Origin: Felis catus
Lineage: Eukaryota
Reading direction: 5' to 3'
Assembly: GCF_018350175.1 (NCBI RefSeq)
Contig: NC_058368.1
Span: 186,560,001 to 186,624,000, forward strand
DNA: 64,000 bases
This document shows positions 39,215-52,721 of the stretch, piece by piece. Both the position numbers and the translations under genes were made by a program. The notes below the pieces were generated by a model that saw only the letters and a list, made by a program, of their open reading frames with translations, was not told the DNA's origin and did not search any database. Every line of letters starts with the position of its first letter. Within the stretch, counting starts at the first letter, position 1.

Positions 39215-39244
39215 TAAACTCACATTTTAAAGCCATGTGCTAAC

Positions 39245-40025
39245 CAATCATTGATGGATGGATAAAGAAGATGTGGTATATATGTGTGTATATATACACA
39301 TATATATGTATGTATGGATGGATGGATAAAGAAGATGTGGTATATGTGTACATACATCATATGTATACACAATGGAACATTATTCAAAAATAAAAAAGAA
39401 TGAAATATTGTCATTTGTAACAAGGATGGAGCTAGAGAGTATAATGCTAAATGAAATAAGTCAGAGGAAGACAAATACCATATGGTTTCACTCATATGTG
39501 AAATTTAAGAAACTAACAAGCAAAGGGAGAAAAGAGAAGTGAGAGAGACAGATACCAAGAAACAGACCTTTAACTATCGAGAACAAACAGATGGTTACCA
39601 GAGGGAAGTGGGTGGGAGGATGGGTAAAATAGGTGAAGGGGATTAAGAGTACACCTATCTTTTTTTTTATTTTTATTTTTTAACATTTATTCATTTTTGA
39701 GACAGAGAGAGACAGAGCATGAATGGGGGAAGGTCAGAGAGAGAGGGAGACACAGAATCTCTGAAACAGGCTCCAGGCTCTGAGCTGTCAGCACAGAGCC
39801 CGACGCGGGGCTCGAACTCATGGACCGCAAGATCATGACCTGAGCCGAAGTCGGACGCCCAACCGACTGAGCCACTCAGGCGCCCCAAGAGTACACTTAT
39901 CTTGATGAGTACTGGGTAATATATGAAATTGTTGAATCACTATATTGTATATCCGAAACTAATTTAACAGTGTAGGTTAACTGTACTGGTATTAAAATTT
40001 AATTTAAGTTAATTAAAAAATAAAG
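39245..40025 (+). mobile_element. 5'-truncated carnivore L1 3' end (L1_Carn-like), interrupted by a SINE
   Basis: gatggataaagaagatgtgg, aaatgaaataagtcag, atggttaccagagggaagtgggtgggaggatggg, gttgaatcactatattgtatatccgaaact, A-rich end. Confidence 0.9.
39662..39886 (-). mobile_element. Can-SINE nested in L1
   Basis: TSD aagagtacac(c/t)tatctt at 39645-39661 and 39887-39903. Confidence 0.94.
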
Positions 40026-42094
40026 AAATAACTGAATGGTCAAATTTAGCCTGTGGTCCAATAGTTTGGTCCCTACAAAGTATTATTCTGTATATAACTT
40101 GTTCCCTTATCATAGTGCATGTCCCAGTTCCTTAGATAGACAAAACACTCCCAAAATTTTTAGTTAACATTTTGTAATTAAGAACACCAGTCCTATAAAT
40201 AGTACCAGTTCCATATCACTGAAATAAAATATTACATTAATTATGCTTTAAATATAAAATAGTATTTTCCAGACTGAGAAAATTGAACAATCAACTCGAG
40301 AAATTACTAAGATCTTAGATATTTATTTTTAAATGAATCTGAGTATGGAAGTATTTCTTGCTGCTTTGTGTTTCTTCTTTAAAAAAAAAACATTATAAGG
40401 TTAAGACGTATAAAAATCATACAGAGGAAATCTAGAAACTACTCTTTATTAAATCCTTTTTCTTATGTAGTTTTTGTAGGATATTTTACTGATTGTTAGG
40501 TATACATAATGTGTTCCCTTCTGTCATGGAAGCTGCTGTTTGACCGAGCATCCCTGTCAATTATGTAAAACAAAGGCATAAATATGAATTTACCATTCCA
40601 GATTTGACATAAATTATATTACTTTAAATATAAGAAGTCATCATGTTATCCATGTGTTCAAAGCATTAATTGTAATACTTTTTGTGATAGTAATTTTAAT
40701 TATTCCCTTTTTATTTTTGTAAAAAAATATCCTGCTTCTCCCTTGACCTCACTCACAGTCTTAAAATAGGGTAGAATAGTGATAAGAGCAGTTACCATCT
40801 ACCTGACATTGAGGATTTGCAAGTAATTGCTCTGAGTGCTTCATAGACATCATTTGTTTGATTTCTCATAGCACTGATATAAAACAGACATTTCTAGCTA
40901 CAAGTTACAGAAAAGGAAACAGAGAGGGATTAGTAATATCCCAAGTGTCACAGAGCTGGAAATGCCAGATCCAGATTGAAATCCAAGACTTATAACAATT
41001 ATTATCCCACCTCTTTTCCAAGAATGCTAATTCTGTGTCTTTGGAGTCACAATTATAAATCCAGGAGAATTCTCCTGTTCTATTAAAAAGCTTACTTATT
41101 TCCCCAACTCATCAGTTTTCTTAAAGATTTACAGTAACTTGGCTCATTTCTTTTAACTGTGAAAATTGGCTTTAACTCACAATTTTTCTTATAATACATT
41201 ATACAACTGTACATTTCTATACATTATAAAAGCAATTAATCTTAATAAAAATACTATGTATAACTCATCCTTACATATTTCTGCTTTAACAATGTCGAAT
41301 GTTTCACTGATCTAGATTATATGAATGGTAGAGCAGTTTTTTTGGTAATTTAATTGGTTGTTAACATTGCTTAGTTTAAAATTACAGTTCCTAGGGAACT
41401 TGACTGTATGTACTCACATCAGAACATCCTTTCCTAATTATTAAATTACTCATTCTGTCCTTGACTTTCTTAAATAAATGTTTGAAAACCGAGTTTTATG
41501 ACATTATCACTCAAGTGGTTATGATAGCATGCCACCAAGTTATACAGTTATGTGTTATTCTCCAGCAACCCTGTATGCTAGGCATCGTTATTTACATTTT
41601 AAAGACAAGCAAACTAACCTCCTCAAATGACATGACTAGGAAATGGTAAACACTGGCGTTTGTACTCAAGTCTGCATGACCAAATGACTCCCCAGGACAT
41701 GTTCTTTCCTCTCTACTGCATTAATGCCAAGAAGAGAGAACCAATACTCACACTTTTTTAAATTTTATTTTGACCTGTATCCATCTGCTACATTGTTTGT
41801 TTACTTTGAGACTAATGAGACATAATCTAGAACTTAAAGACATATATTAATAGAATGGAGATTGCACTGAAACTTCAGAGATGGCCTGGCTTGGGGCATA
41901 TGTCCACATGGTTCCATACTGACTAGAACAAAGCCTTAGCCCCCAGTGTGTTGTAGTCAACTTTGGGTAAAATTATCATTGGTTCAGGTTCCAGTGGTAC
42001 CTCTAACTCATTCTCTGTGTCAATTAGGATGAATCCCTTAATGTCTCAGAGACTTGCTTTCTTCATTTATAATATTACAGATTGTATCTAGGTA

Positions 42095-42400
42095 TGCCTC
42101 CTGTCAGCCCTCAGGACATGTTCAATTCATGAAGGTATTTTTTTGACCAACACAGTTCTTTAAAAAATTAGGACATCTCATTTTTAAATTTACAGTTTCT
42201 AATTATTTATTTAAAAATCTAAAGATTGGAAACATTGGCCCTTATTTTCCACATAGCAACAGTCAGCTAGAACTGAGAAATAGATACGTTGTTCAAACAA
42301 GGTATCTCTAGTTTACCCCAGTCCCCACCATTCCCAATTGTCTTATGTTGAGCCTGCTCCACATACTACAGAGGCCATAAGCTGGACCCTCAAGGTGTCT
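42095..42400. mobile_element. MER102-like hAT-Charlie element
   Basis: aacattggcccttattttccacatagcaacagtcagctagaactgag...cagtccccaccattcccaattgtc matches the recalled MER102 core. Confidence 0.65.
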
Positions 42401-42980
42401 CAGTGTGTGACTGACTCATCAATCAGAATTAAGTGTCTCATAATTTTAACACTTTGGTTCATATCATATCATATTATATTCTGCAATTTTCCGTGGATAA
42501 AATATAAACTAAGTTGACTGGAACTTAAGGTCAACTACATTACCCAGCCTCCATCCAGAATCTCAGCAAATCTGGTTACCACACAAGTTTCTCTATCCAT
42601 TTTATCTGCATGTCCTGGCTCTGAGCATGTGCTCACAGCATGCCATGCTGACAAGAAAATCTTCCCAACTACATTCTATCTAGGGAAGTCTTATCTATTC
42701 TCCACCACCTAGCTGATATCTCATTTTCTCTGCAATGACGGATTCAGCTTCCAATCCTCTTCCTAATTGGAGATCTTATGATACAAATTATTCCTACTTA
42801 AGACATATACCTAATAATAATAAATAGAAAAGAAATATAATCACTTTATATTCATAGCTAAAGTTTGTAGGATTGCATATTCCATGCTAAACATTTTCTG
42901 TGTATTGTTTATACATCTCTAAGAGGTAAATGCCCTTATTGTTGGCATGCTATTATTGATGCTCAAAGAGGTTAAATAAT

Positions 42981-43181
42981 TAGTTTTTTTAGTGTTCATT
43001 TATTTTTGAGAGAGAGACAGAACCTGAGAGGGGGAGGGCAGAAAGAGAAGGAGACACACAATTTGAAGCAGTCTCCCAGCTAACAGCACAGAGCTGGACA
43101 TGGGGCCTGAACCCATGAACCCTGAGATCATGACCTGAACTGAAGTTGGACGCTCAACCCACTGAGCCACCCAGGCACCCC
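42981..43181 (-). mobile_element. Can-SINE inserted in a MIR
   Basis: TSD aagaggttaaataat at 42966-42980 and 43183-43197. Confidence 0.92.
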
Positions 43182-43324
43182 GAAGAGGTTAAATAATCAA
43201 TCAAAAGTTATAAAGCTAATATCCTCCTAGATCAGTTCCTTTCTGTATCTTGTATCTGGGCTTTGATTTTAAGGTCTTAAGGCTAAAGACCACATCATAA
43301 TAGTTTTACAAAATATTTCCTCCA

Positions 43325-43542
43325 GGGGCACCTGGGTGGCTCAGTAGGTTAAGCATCTGACTTCGGCTCAGGTCATGATCTCACAGTCTGTGAGTTCGAG
43401 CCCCGCGTTGGGCTCTGTGCTGACAGCTTGGAGCCTGGAGCCTGCTTCGGATTCTGTCTCTCTCTCTCTCTCTGCCCCTCCCCCACTCATGCTCTGTCTC
43501 TCTCTTTCTGTCAAAAATAAATAAACACTAAAAAAATTTTAA
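43325..43542 (+). mobile_element. Can-SINE
   Basis: TSD aaaatatttcctcca(g) at 43310 and 43543. Confidence 0.94.
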
Positions 43543-44459
43543 AAAATATTTCCTCCAGTTCTTAGCAAGCACCATACAAAATGTAGACTCCCTGTGGGTA
43601 GATTAATATTGATCAATCCCTTTACTGTCATTCAGGTATATTACGATTCAGGAGGTTAAATTTTTCTCAAACTCATTGACCAAGTATGATAAATCTGCAT
43701 ATTTTCAATTTTTAAATTAATACATATCTGACTCCAAGACCTTATACTCTCATTAACTCCCTAATGGTAGGTTAAGAATGAATAGACAGTTTTGTTGCAT
43801 CGTGTTTCTCTCAGAGATGGTGGGCATTTGGCAATTATTACTCTATTCTTCCTGTCAAGAAAAGACAGTTGAATGTGCTTTGTGGTGGAGTTGGGGGTTG
43901 GGGAGCACAAGAAGTCTATTGAGAAAGCAAATGTAAAATCACTTGTGTCTCAGTGATACAATACATCTTAATCACTTAAAAATAATTGCTCTAGAAATAA
44001 TTACTCATTAGCAACACTGTAGTACTACACCACCACAAATGCCTTAATAAATGTGAACAGTGAGCATAAAAATTATAACCAACACATAATGTTGCATCCC
44101 AGTGCTGTAAGGATAGTCTTGAATGGTTTTGTTAATAATTACCTGACAGAAATATATCTTTCCCTAACCCTTGTTGTCATTAAGCACACACTGGAATACT
44201 TTAACGTTTATAGGCTGTATTATGACTCTTTAGTTATTTAATTACATTTAGCAAGTCCTGAAGTTACTGTCTGTTTTATTAAGCTAAAATCCATTACAAG
44301 CCAAATTAGCAAAGGTGTGCTGAGGCTGCAAAGGATTTGGACATTTGCTCTGGTTGCTGAAAATTAAAGATAGACGCTGCTTTAGTGAACCAGAAAGGAC
44401 AGGCCGTCACTGAGATTCCCCTTGTGCCATGGGTAGCCTCCCCCCACCCCCTCCATCAC

Positions 44460-44760
44460 CCTGACAGATGAGCCTATTCTTTACACATCATCTTCAGAAA
44501 GGGAAATCTACCATCTACTCTAGGGAGCCATTTCATTATTTTACAGCCCTCATGACCAGCCAAGTCATCTTTCTATTTAACCTAAATCTTCCACGTCCTT
44601 CATGTTAGAATTTATGACCACAGCTACCCTTTGGTCCACAGCAGAAAATGTGAACAGCAGATCATCACTCCCTTGAGCCCTCTGTGTAAATAGAGGCTGT
44701 TAATATATTTATCAGTCTACTCTCTCTTCTCCAGCTGGAACAGCACAGCTCATCTAGCCA
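44460..44760 (-). mobile_element. L3/CR1-like fragment
   Basis: cttcagaaagggaaatctaccatctactctagggagccatttcattattttacagccctcatgaccagcaagtcatctttctatttaacctaaatcttcc. Confidence 0.55.
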
Positions 44761-47700
44761 TTTGCTAAACAATTAATTTTAAGGTTTTAAAACCCAGTAA
44801 CATTTCACTGAATTATGAAGCCATTTTGGTAATTTTTTTTTTCTAGAGAGAGGAACAGACAGAGATACAGAGAGATCAGGATGGCAAATTAGGCAAAATA
44901 TTTACAATGCAGCCATTCTTTAACTTAGTTGTCCATTCTCTCATTCTTCAGTTCTGTTTCTCTCCAGCTTTGACAAAGTGAAATTGTCCTTATTAAAACA
45001 GTGCTACATGTGTTTTTCCTTCAGATAGTTCCTAATATCAGTTTTCATTTTTCATCCCAGAATTGGATGTGTTTGTTTCCATTCTTGCCTTTTTGCAATG
45101 TGCCATAATAATCTTCTGGTAATTTTTATTGTAAATGGTTATTTTTAATGTGTTTATGCTTTTTTTCTGGGCCTGTTCTGTTTTTTTGCAAGCCTTCTTT
45201 AAAATGGCCCCATTTTTAAAACTATGAACCACTTTATTCTGCTTTAACTCTTAAGCTTCTTACTAAAGCATGCCATCATTTGGGTACAAAGCAATATTTG
45301 TTTTTCCTCTTATATTTTCAAACAACTTTGCATTATAGATGTGTTTTTGTAGGAGTTTTTCAAATACTCTTCTTTTTCCTGACTTAGCATCTAAACTTTG
45401 TTTGTTTTAATCAGTCTCTAGTTGGATGGGGCTCTCTGAATTTCAGTGTTTAGTTACTATGACCCATATTCACCACTCTCCACACTCACTTCAGGACTTC
45501 ATCCTAAGTAACTAAACACTTCTGGACAAATAGGGTGATTTCCCCAAGTGAAAATAAAGTTAGCCTTACTTTCTTTTTGGTGAGATTCTCATGGTCATGT
45601 TTCCATAGACTATCTGAAGAAATAACTATCTAGAGTTCAAGAGGACCTTTTGCATTGTTGCAGTTCTTTGTATGTTGGTTCAAGATCGCACAGCAAGAGG
45701 CAGAATTAAGACCTGAGCCCAAGACTGTTCATCTTCAAGGCCTCTGTTTTTTTATTTCTGTGCTCAAGTGTATGAGAGTCTATCGATGTATATCATCAGT
45801 TTACCAAACATCGTCCTCACCACACCTCACTATTCCGTGTCATTCAGGGGTGAATGGCCTTGTACATGCATCTTTGTCCTCTTCTGTTTCCCTCAATAAA
45901 TGCCCAAAAGTGAAACTACTGGCCAATGTGTGAAAGGTTCTGATAACTAAATTGCCCTTTATAAAGGTTGAATCAATTCATATTTTTATCAGCAATCATG
46001 AGAATCCCAGTTTATCCATATTCTCACCATTTATTACCTTAAAAATGACAATTTGCTAAATAAAAAATGGTAGCCCATAAAAAATTCTAGGTATGTCCTC
46101 AGTGCACACAACATGTCAATGTCAATTTGAGATGGATTTACAAATTGCTGTAAAATTTGAAACCGTGAAAGAGTGAGAAATATAATAAAACTTTATCTCA
46201 TCTTAGGATGGAAAGTGATTGTCTAGACATAAAGCAATTTAAGAAACAAAAATAAAAATGATTTATAGCTTTGATGACAAAATGACATCAAAAACTCTAA
46301 TGAATCACTAAGTAAAACAAACACTTCCTTGACAAAAACTGCAAACTATATGAATTAAACAATTTACATTCAAAGAAATGGAAACTTCTATTAGATGTAG
46401 AAAAACATTCTGGTAATCATAGCTTTTCAAAGATGGAATAGATTCCTTTCAGAAAGAGCCAGTTCCAAATCACTGGAGAGGTTCAAGTAAGAACAATAAT
46501 TATAGAGATCTCTTGAGAAGAATTCACTCATCAGTAAGGTATTTGTATATCTGTACATGATTTAATCATCCTGTCTACCTTGAGAATCCCTAAGCAAGTG
46601 ATGATATTTCTGCCAATGTTTTAAATGCATAGGAAATTTATTGAAGTGCCTACTTTGAACACAATTAGCATGCTGACCAACATTTCCAACCCATGGAATC
46701 TAAATATCCCAGGCGTTATCAGATGTTGTCAATACAGAACAAATGCCACGGCAAATAGTATAAGTGACTAGTTATGAATGGTCTTGGTGGAGACTAAAGC
46801 AGACAGGGAAAATTATCTTAATAACATTTTTTAAGGGGAAAAAGCAATATGCATTCATCACAAAAACAGTGAAACTACTGAAACTATAAGAAAATAAAAA
46901 CCAAATACATTCCCAATGCTTATTTTAGTATACTTTTAGTCATTTAACTGTGAACCAGTATACCTTTCCAAATAAATATGGAATTTCACTGCACTGCTTT
47001 CTAATATGTTTTTTTTCTCTGAAGAAGAATTAGAGTTCTTTTATGTCCACGCTCTTCTTAAAGTATTTTTATTGCATCAGTGACTTAATCAAAATGTATT
47101 TAACTATCTTTGTTAGTTAGGTATATAAAATGTTTCCACTTCTTCCCAGTTTAAAGTTGTACTTAACATCTTTGTTTAACATCTTTGTATATAGTTTTGC
47201 ATGATTTTGTTTTCACTTTAACTTCTTAAAGTGGAATTTCAGAAACAAAGCTTGCACATTTGGTGGGTTTTAATTAGTGTTGTCAAATTACCATCCAGAA
47301 AATTTGTACCAATTTACAGTTCTACCACCAGCATGAGATGGTGTGTTTCCTCCCAGAATGTGTAGTACTGGGAATATTATAATTTCTGTACCTTTTTGTT
47401 TATGTGATAAGCAATAATAATCATGGCTTAATTTCTGTTTCTACAAACTTGTGGTTTCTAATGGTGTTAAGCATTTTCCCATACATTTGGTGCCTGTTTT
47501 ATGTAAAAGACTTAACTCTGCTGCCATTTATTTGGAAATTTTTACCATCAGAGTTTAGAATGGCAGAAAGGCCACAAATACTGCATTGTTGTATATTTTG
47601 TTGGAGTTGGAAGGTACAAGGTGAGTTGCCAGTACATGATAGGAGGCAGCTTTGTGTAATTCATTTTTTGTGTTTAAAACATAACAGTGACAGTAACAAA

Positions 47701-47869
47701 GCAGTGAAGCCTAGTTTACTGGTTAAGATTATCACAGTTGCAACCATGTGCAGCAGGGAAAATATGTTGTGAGGGCATGTTAGAGGCTGGATCTACCACG
47801 AAAAATGTTTCTCTGATTTTTTATAGGGTATGTCTTTTCCTCAGATGCTGAATGCTAGCTGCTCAAGCA

Positions 47870-47871
<2 letters not shown>

Positions 47872-47930
<59 letters not shown>

Positions 47931-47933
47931 TGT
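47872..47933 (+). repeat. (TG)n microsatellite (about 25 perfect units plus a degenerate end)
   Basis: Direct read. Confidence 0.95.
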
Positions 47934-48508
47934 TTAGCAATGGTGGGGAGGGAGATAGTTTAAAGGCCATTTCAGGCCCTTGTGGGCACTTTGATGGCAA
48001 AGTGCCATCAAAAGTCGTTGGAACTTCCATGTCATTGGGCCTGAATCCTGCACTGATGTTTTTTTGTCCAGTCATGCTTCTTCTCCCTTTCTTTCATAGC
48101 TGATGATGCCCGATGAGCATCCTGCAGCATCTACTTTTGGAAAACCCAACTTCAGATAGACCCTGAATCTATTAGGGAGACAGAAAATAATGAAGAAGCA
48201 AATGTACACAGAGGATAATTTCTGATAATGACAAGTATAATTAAAGGAATGAAATGGGATATGACAGTGGCCAGTGGGGAGGAGACTTAGGGGTGCATAA
48301 GCTAGGTGGAGGGAGAAGGCTTCCTAGAGGACTGGGAGGAATTGAGACTTCAGTCATAGAAGGAGGAAGTTCATTTAAGGTAGAGGGAAACTTCATCCCT
48401 TCATCCCTAAAATTCCAGGGTAGAGGACCCAGGAATGGAATGCTCTAATTATTTTGACAGTCTGATTCAAAAAACCTCAGATTTTAAATACATTTCTACA
48501 ATATATTT

Positions 48509-48915
48509 TATCAGTCAAGGGCCCAATAGGAAACAGATGGCATACTGAAAATGGGATAGTTTGAGGACAATGTATTATAAGGTCAATTTACAAAGAAATA
48601 GAACAGTACTTCCTCCCTCCCAGGGATAGGATCAGCATGTTGCCATTTGGTCCCTAGTGTGCCACACTTGAAGGGGGAGAACAAGGCATGGTTGGGGGAA
48701 CCTGGACACAAGTTCCACAGGAGCTGAGCCTAGAAAACAGTTTCCCTGGTCTCACTCTCCTCCCTTCCCTTACCTCCTGATCTCCTCCCCATTGGCCAAC
48801 TCCAACCTGAAGCTAGAGAATCAGGGAGACAGTTTTTGAAGTCCCAACATTCTAGTCTATAAGGCCACAGAACATTGTGATTAAGGGTGGAGGGTAGAGC
48901 TGGAAAGGCAAAGAC
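48509..48915. mobile_element. MaLR solo LTR (MLT1K/L-like)
   Basis: tatcagtcaagggcccaataggaaacagatggcatact...cccattggccaactccaacctgaagctagagaatcagggag...ctggaaaggcaaa. Confidence 0.65.
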
Positions 48916-49433
48916 CCAGGTGAGGTTGTAACCTCAGTCTGTCACTGGTGAGCTATAAATCAGCATCTGTGAGCCATGTATTTTGTTAAAATAAATAAAT
49001 AAATGGCTAGAATAAAATTGATTAATTTATTCTGAAATGTTATGACTCTAATGTGTTAAAATCAAAATTAAATATTTTAAATATATTTTAATAAATGCAA
49101 CAAAACGTTTCTGGCATACCTAAACACTGTTTTAAATTTTGAAAACAAACAAACATAATCACTATTGAAATCATCAAAGTCCCAGCTATATGTCTTTCTA
49201 GTTGGTAAGCAGCTCTGGATCAACTAAATCACTTACAGTGATCTGAAGTCAAATTTCAGTTGTTAGGTTATGAGTCAAAAAATAGAATGATTGCTTTTTT
49301 CAGGGACTCAGATTTCCTTTAAAACATAACTTAGAGAAGTCAGCATATTCTCATTCCTGATATAAGCACATGATTTGCAGATGAGACCATCAGGAATATA
49401 ATGTGGGAAATCTTAGTAAATAAGGGAATGACT

Positions 49434-49576
49434 GGCCACCTGGGTGGCTCCATCAGTTGAGCATCTGACTTCGGCTCAGGTCATGATCTAGATGTTTGTG
49501 AATTTGAGGCCCGCATTGGGCTCCCTGCTGCCCGCTTCAGAACTGTCCCCCCCCCCCCCCGCCCCTTCCCTGCTTG

Positions 49577-49613
<37 letters not shown>

Positions 49614-49655
49614 CCTCCCTCCCTCCCTCCCTCCCTCAAAAATAAATAAATCTTT
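49434..49655 (+). mobile_element. Can-SINE, internally shortened, with C-run, (CT)n and (CCCT)n linker
   Basis: cacctgggtggctccatcagttgagcatctgacttcggctcaggtcatgatc...aaaaataaataaatcttt. Confidence 0.88.
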
Positions 49656-52527
49656 AAGGAACTGACTGCAGAAGAGAAAAGGCTCAGACTGTATGTCCAT
49701 ATTGACTAATGTTTTTGATTGAGTAGGATTTATATACTCACAAAATGAAATTTTGTTAGATACTGCTGTTTGGATTATACAGGCAATGTTATTTAAGGAA
49801 ATGTCTTTGATACTAGCACCCGGATTTGTAGCAGAAACCTGTGTAGCCCTTAAACGGTCAGAGTATCTTTATGGAGGATAAAATTCCAGAAAAGCAAAGA
49901 GTCACAGAAGGCCAAACAGCTGCAGAAGAGTACAAATAGCTCTAATCTGAAATGCACGATTTATCAAATGGGAACATGATTGCTAGCAATCTTACTTTTT
50001 TTGGTGATTACAAAGTTGAGCATACTGGCACATGTGACTCTATATGAGGACTTGTAAAGAGCTTTTAAAAACAATTATGCATGAGTGTTGGAGATTTTAA
50101 TTTAAGCAGAAGGACTCTGTGGAGGTAAATCAAGAGCGCAGGCTGGAAGAAAAATGCTGAGGGAGACCTTCAATCAGGGGAGAATATTAAGTGGGACTCC
50201 TTGGGGAGAGGCCTGTATTTGCTTGTCTGGGGTAGGCTAATCTACATAATTGACTAAAACAGAATGAACAGCTGTGAAATACAGCATTTGAATGTGTGGG
50301 TAAAACACAATTACAAAATATACAGGGTCACAGAACATGTAATGTATTTTCATAGGATTATAGAATTTCCAAGCTCATTTGGGATTTCAGAAATCGGTCA
50401 GTTCTCCAGAGAAGCTAAATGACTTTATCAAGGTCAACTAGCTGGTTAGTTACAGCATAGCAGTTAAATATGTGGGCTCTGGAGTCAGACATCCTAAATT
50501 TAAATCCCAACTCCACCCCTCATTCTGTGACTAGTAGAGAAAAACACTCATTAAATGAGATGATACATTTAAGCAACACTAGATGATGTCTAGAACTCAG
50601 TAAGTGATCAGTTAATAGGAGGTATGTTTATTACTTGCAAGAATGCTAAAGTGGGTCATCTAAGGCTTTACAAAATGCACAAGCATATCACAAGAGGGAT
50701 ATATGTGAGAAATTAGCTTCCCAACTAAAATGACTGTGAGACACAAAATAGTATTCAGTTTTCTTAGAGAGAGAGGCAAAAATATTTCAAGTACCTTATG
50801 GAGAAGTGACTCAGATGAGCTCCTCAGAATTTTTCAAAATTTCAGTTTGTACTCTAATGCTTGATTTTGGTTTATTGATCTTCCCCCATTCCCACCTGAA
50901 GTTTTTAGTTTGTTTTACAGCTAGAAATATATATATCAATATATTTTTTGATAATTGACTGTTTTTACATCCTAATTTTTCTCTAGTAATGATGCCCACT
51001 CATACTATAGGATCCTGTTATCCTTTGTAATTAGAGTAAGTTGTGCTTTTAAGTAAATGTGCATTTTGAACAAAGTAAAAACATGCTGTGGATTAGAATG
51101 ACATGCTTTGAATATACTTGGGGATAAGACATCTGACTTTCTTTAAAAAACATACATATATATTGAAAAGAATAATTTTGTATGCATGAAATGATTGGAT
51201 AGTTATCTAGATAAAGAAATCAAACAAAGTAGAAGTCCAGTGTCACTTTCTTGTCATCTCTGGTTGAAATCCTAACAAATTTCTGACTTGTCAAGGCACA
51301 TGTTTGAGCATATATTTTAGTGCCAGAAGTCTGTTGTGAAGACTGTTGAAAGGACCAAAGCATGTCACATTAATTATGATTCTGAGTTATCTCCTATTGG
51401 CTGAGAGGCAAAGGCATCTATTATTACTTAATAACTATCTTTGATTCTTTTTAATCTTGGAATGATACGGTACCATCACTAAATCTCAGGTAATGACACT
51501 ATAAAATATTTGTTGTGGCTTTGCTGCAAAATGCTGGCATAGCTGTTGTATTTCTTGATTTTATAGATGCCTTTAGTGAGTGTTTTAGGCTATGTTACAT
51601 ATGTAGTTTTCTTGCACTATGTCAGTATTTTATGACACAAGTAATTTTTGGTTGACAAGACTCAGCGGCTAAGGAACAAAAAGTTTCTCCAAAGATCTTT
51701 AGCCCAGTCAGAATATTGGCATTCCCCAAAGGTGGCTTTCATTGCGTAATAATATTCAGCCTAAAGAAGTCACATTTTCAACTTGTAACTGTAGAAAATT
51801 TGTGACAGGTAAAAGAGGCACATTCTGAATGCATCATTGACTATTTCCTGTGATTGAAGACAACACTATCTCTATATATTTCACAGTGGACTTAAAATTT
51901 AATCAGCATACCTACATAATGAGTTACTAGCTTCACTTCAAAGACTAGTGCTAGTGTTAAGTAATTTAAGGCCCATTAAGGATGTTTATCAGGATTCAGA
52001 GTGGAATGTTCATGAAAACCTCATTAAGTATATTTGTTGTATTGATTGTTCCTAGAGAAACTTAGCAATGCTATAAATCATCAGTTCCAAAGAAAAGATT
52101 TTGATGTTGATCATTGAGCTTTTCTAAATAAATTCCTTTCTGAGTAGCTTCTATAATTCTATGATTTTAGAATTTTTACATAAATTTAATGAACTACTTA
52201 ATATAGAGAATTGCATCAAAATCTCAGTTTGAGAATACTTAACGACCATGGATTTTTCTCTTCTCTTTGTTTATTATTATTATTACTATTTAATCTTGGC
52301 TTAGTGATATATACCAGGGACCTGGCAAAGTGCTTGAAATACAAATAAGACAAAAACAGATGTAGTTTCTGATATTATAAAACACATGGAAAAGATGCAG
52401 GTTTGTTAACACATGTCTGTACTTTGTATTCAAATCTATTAGAGTTTTATACACATATATAGAATGATTTTTTGCATATTTTTGTGTTTGGATGCTATTC
52501 ATGTCATATTTTATAGCTCTACTTTGA

Positions 52528-52721
52528 TTTTTTTTAATGTTTATTTATTTGAGAGAGAGAGAGAGAGAGACAGAAAGAGAGGGCAAGAGAAAATCCCAAG
52601 CAGGCTCTGCACCTTTAGCACAGAGCCCAACGTGGGGCTCAATCTCATGAACCCGTGAGATCATGAACTGAGCTGAAATCAAGAGTCAGATGCTTAACTG
52701 ACTGAGTCACCCAGGCACCCC
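52528..52721 (-). mobile_element. Older Can-SINE
   Basis: aatgtttatttatttgagagag...gactgagtcacccaggcacccc. Confidence 0.9.

Larger units (their letters stand above)
38606..40075. mobile_element. Short hAT-Charlie (MER102-like) relic split by later SINE and L1 insertions
   Basis: ccagtgtcacagagtcaaac...gggcctggc at the left end, ttttaaagccatgtgctaacc near 39230 and ggtcaaatttagcctgtggtccaatagtttgg at the right end resemble recalled MER102 termini. Confidence 0.4.
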
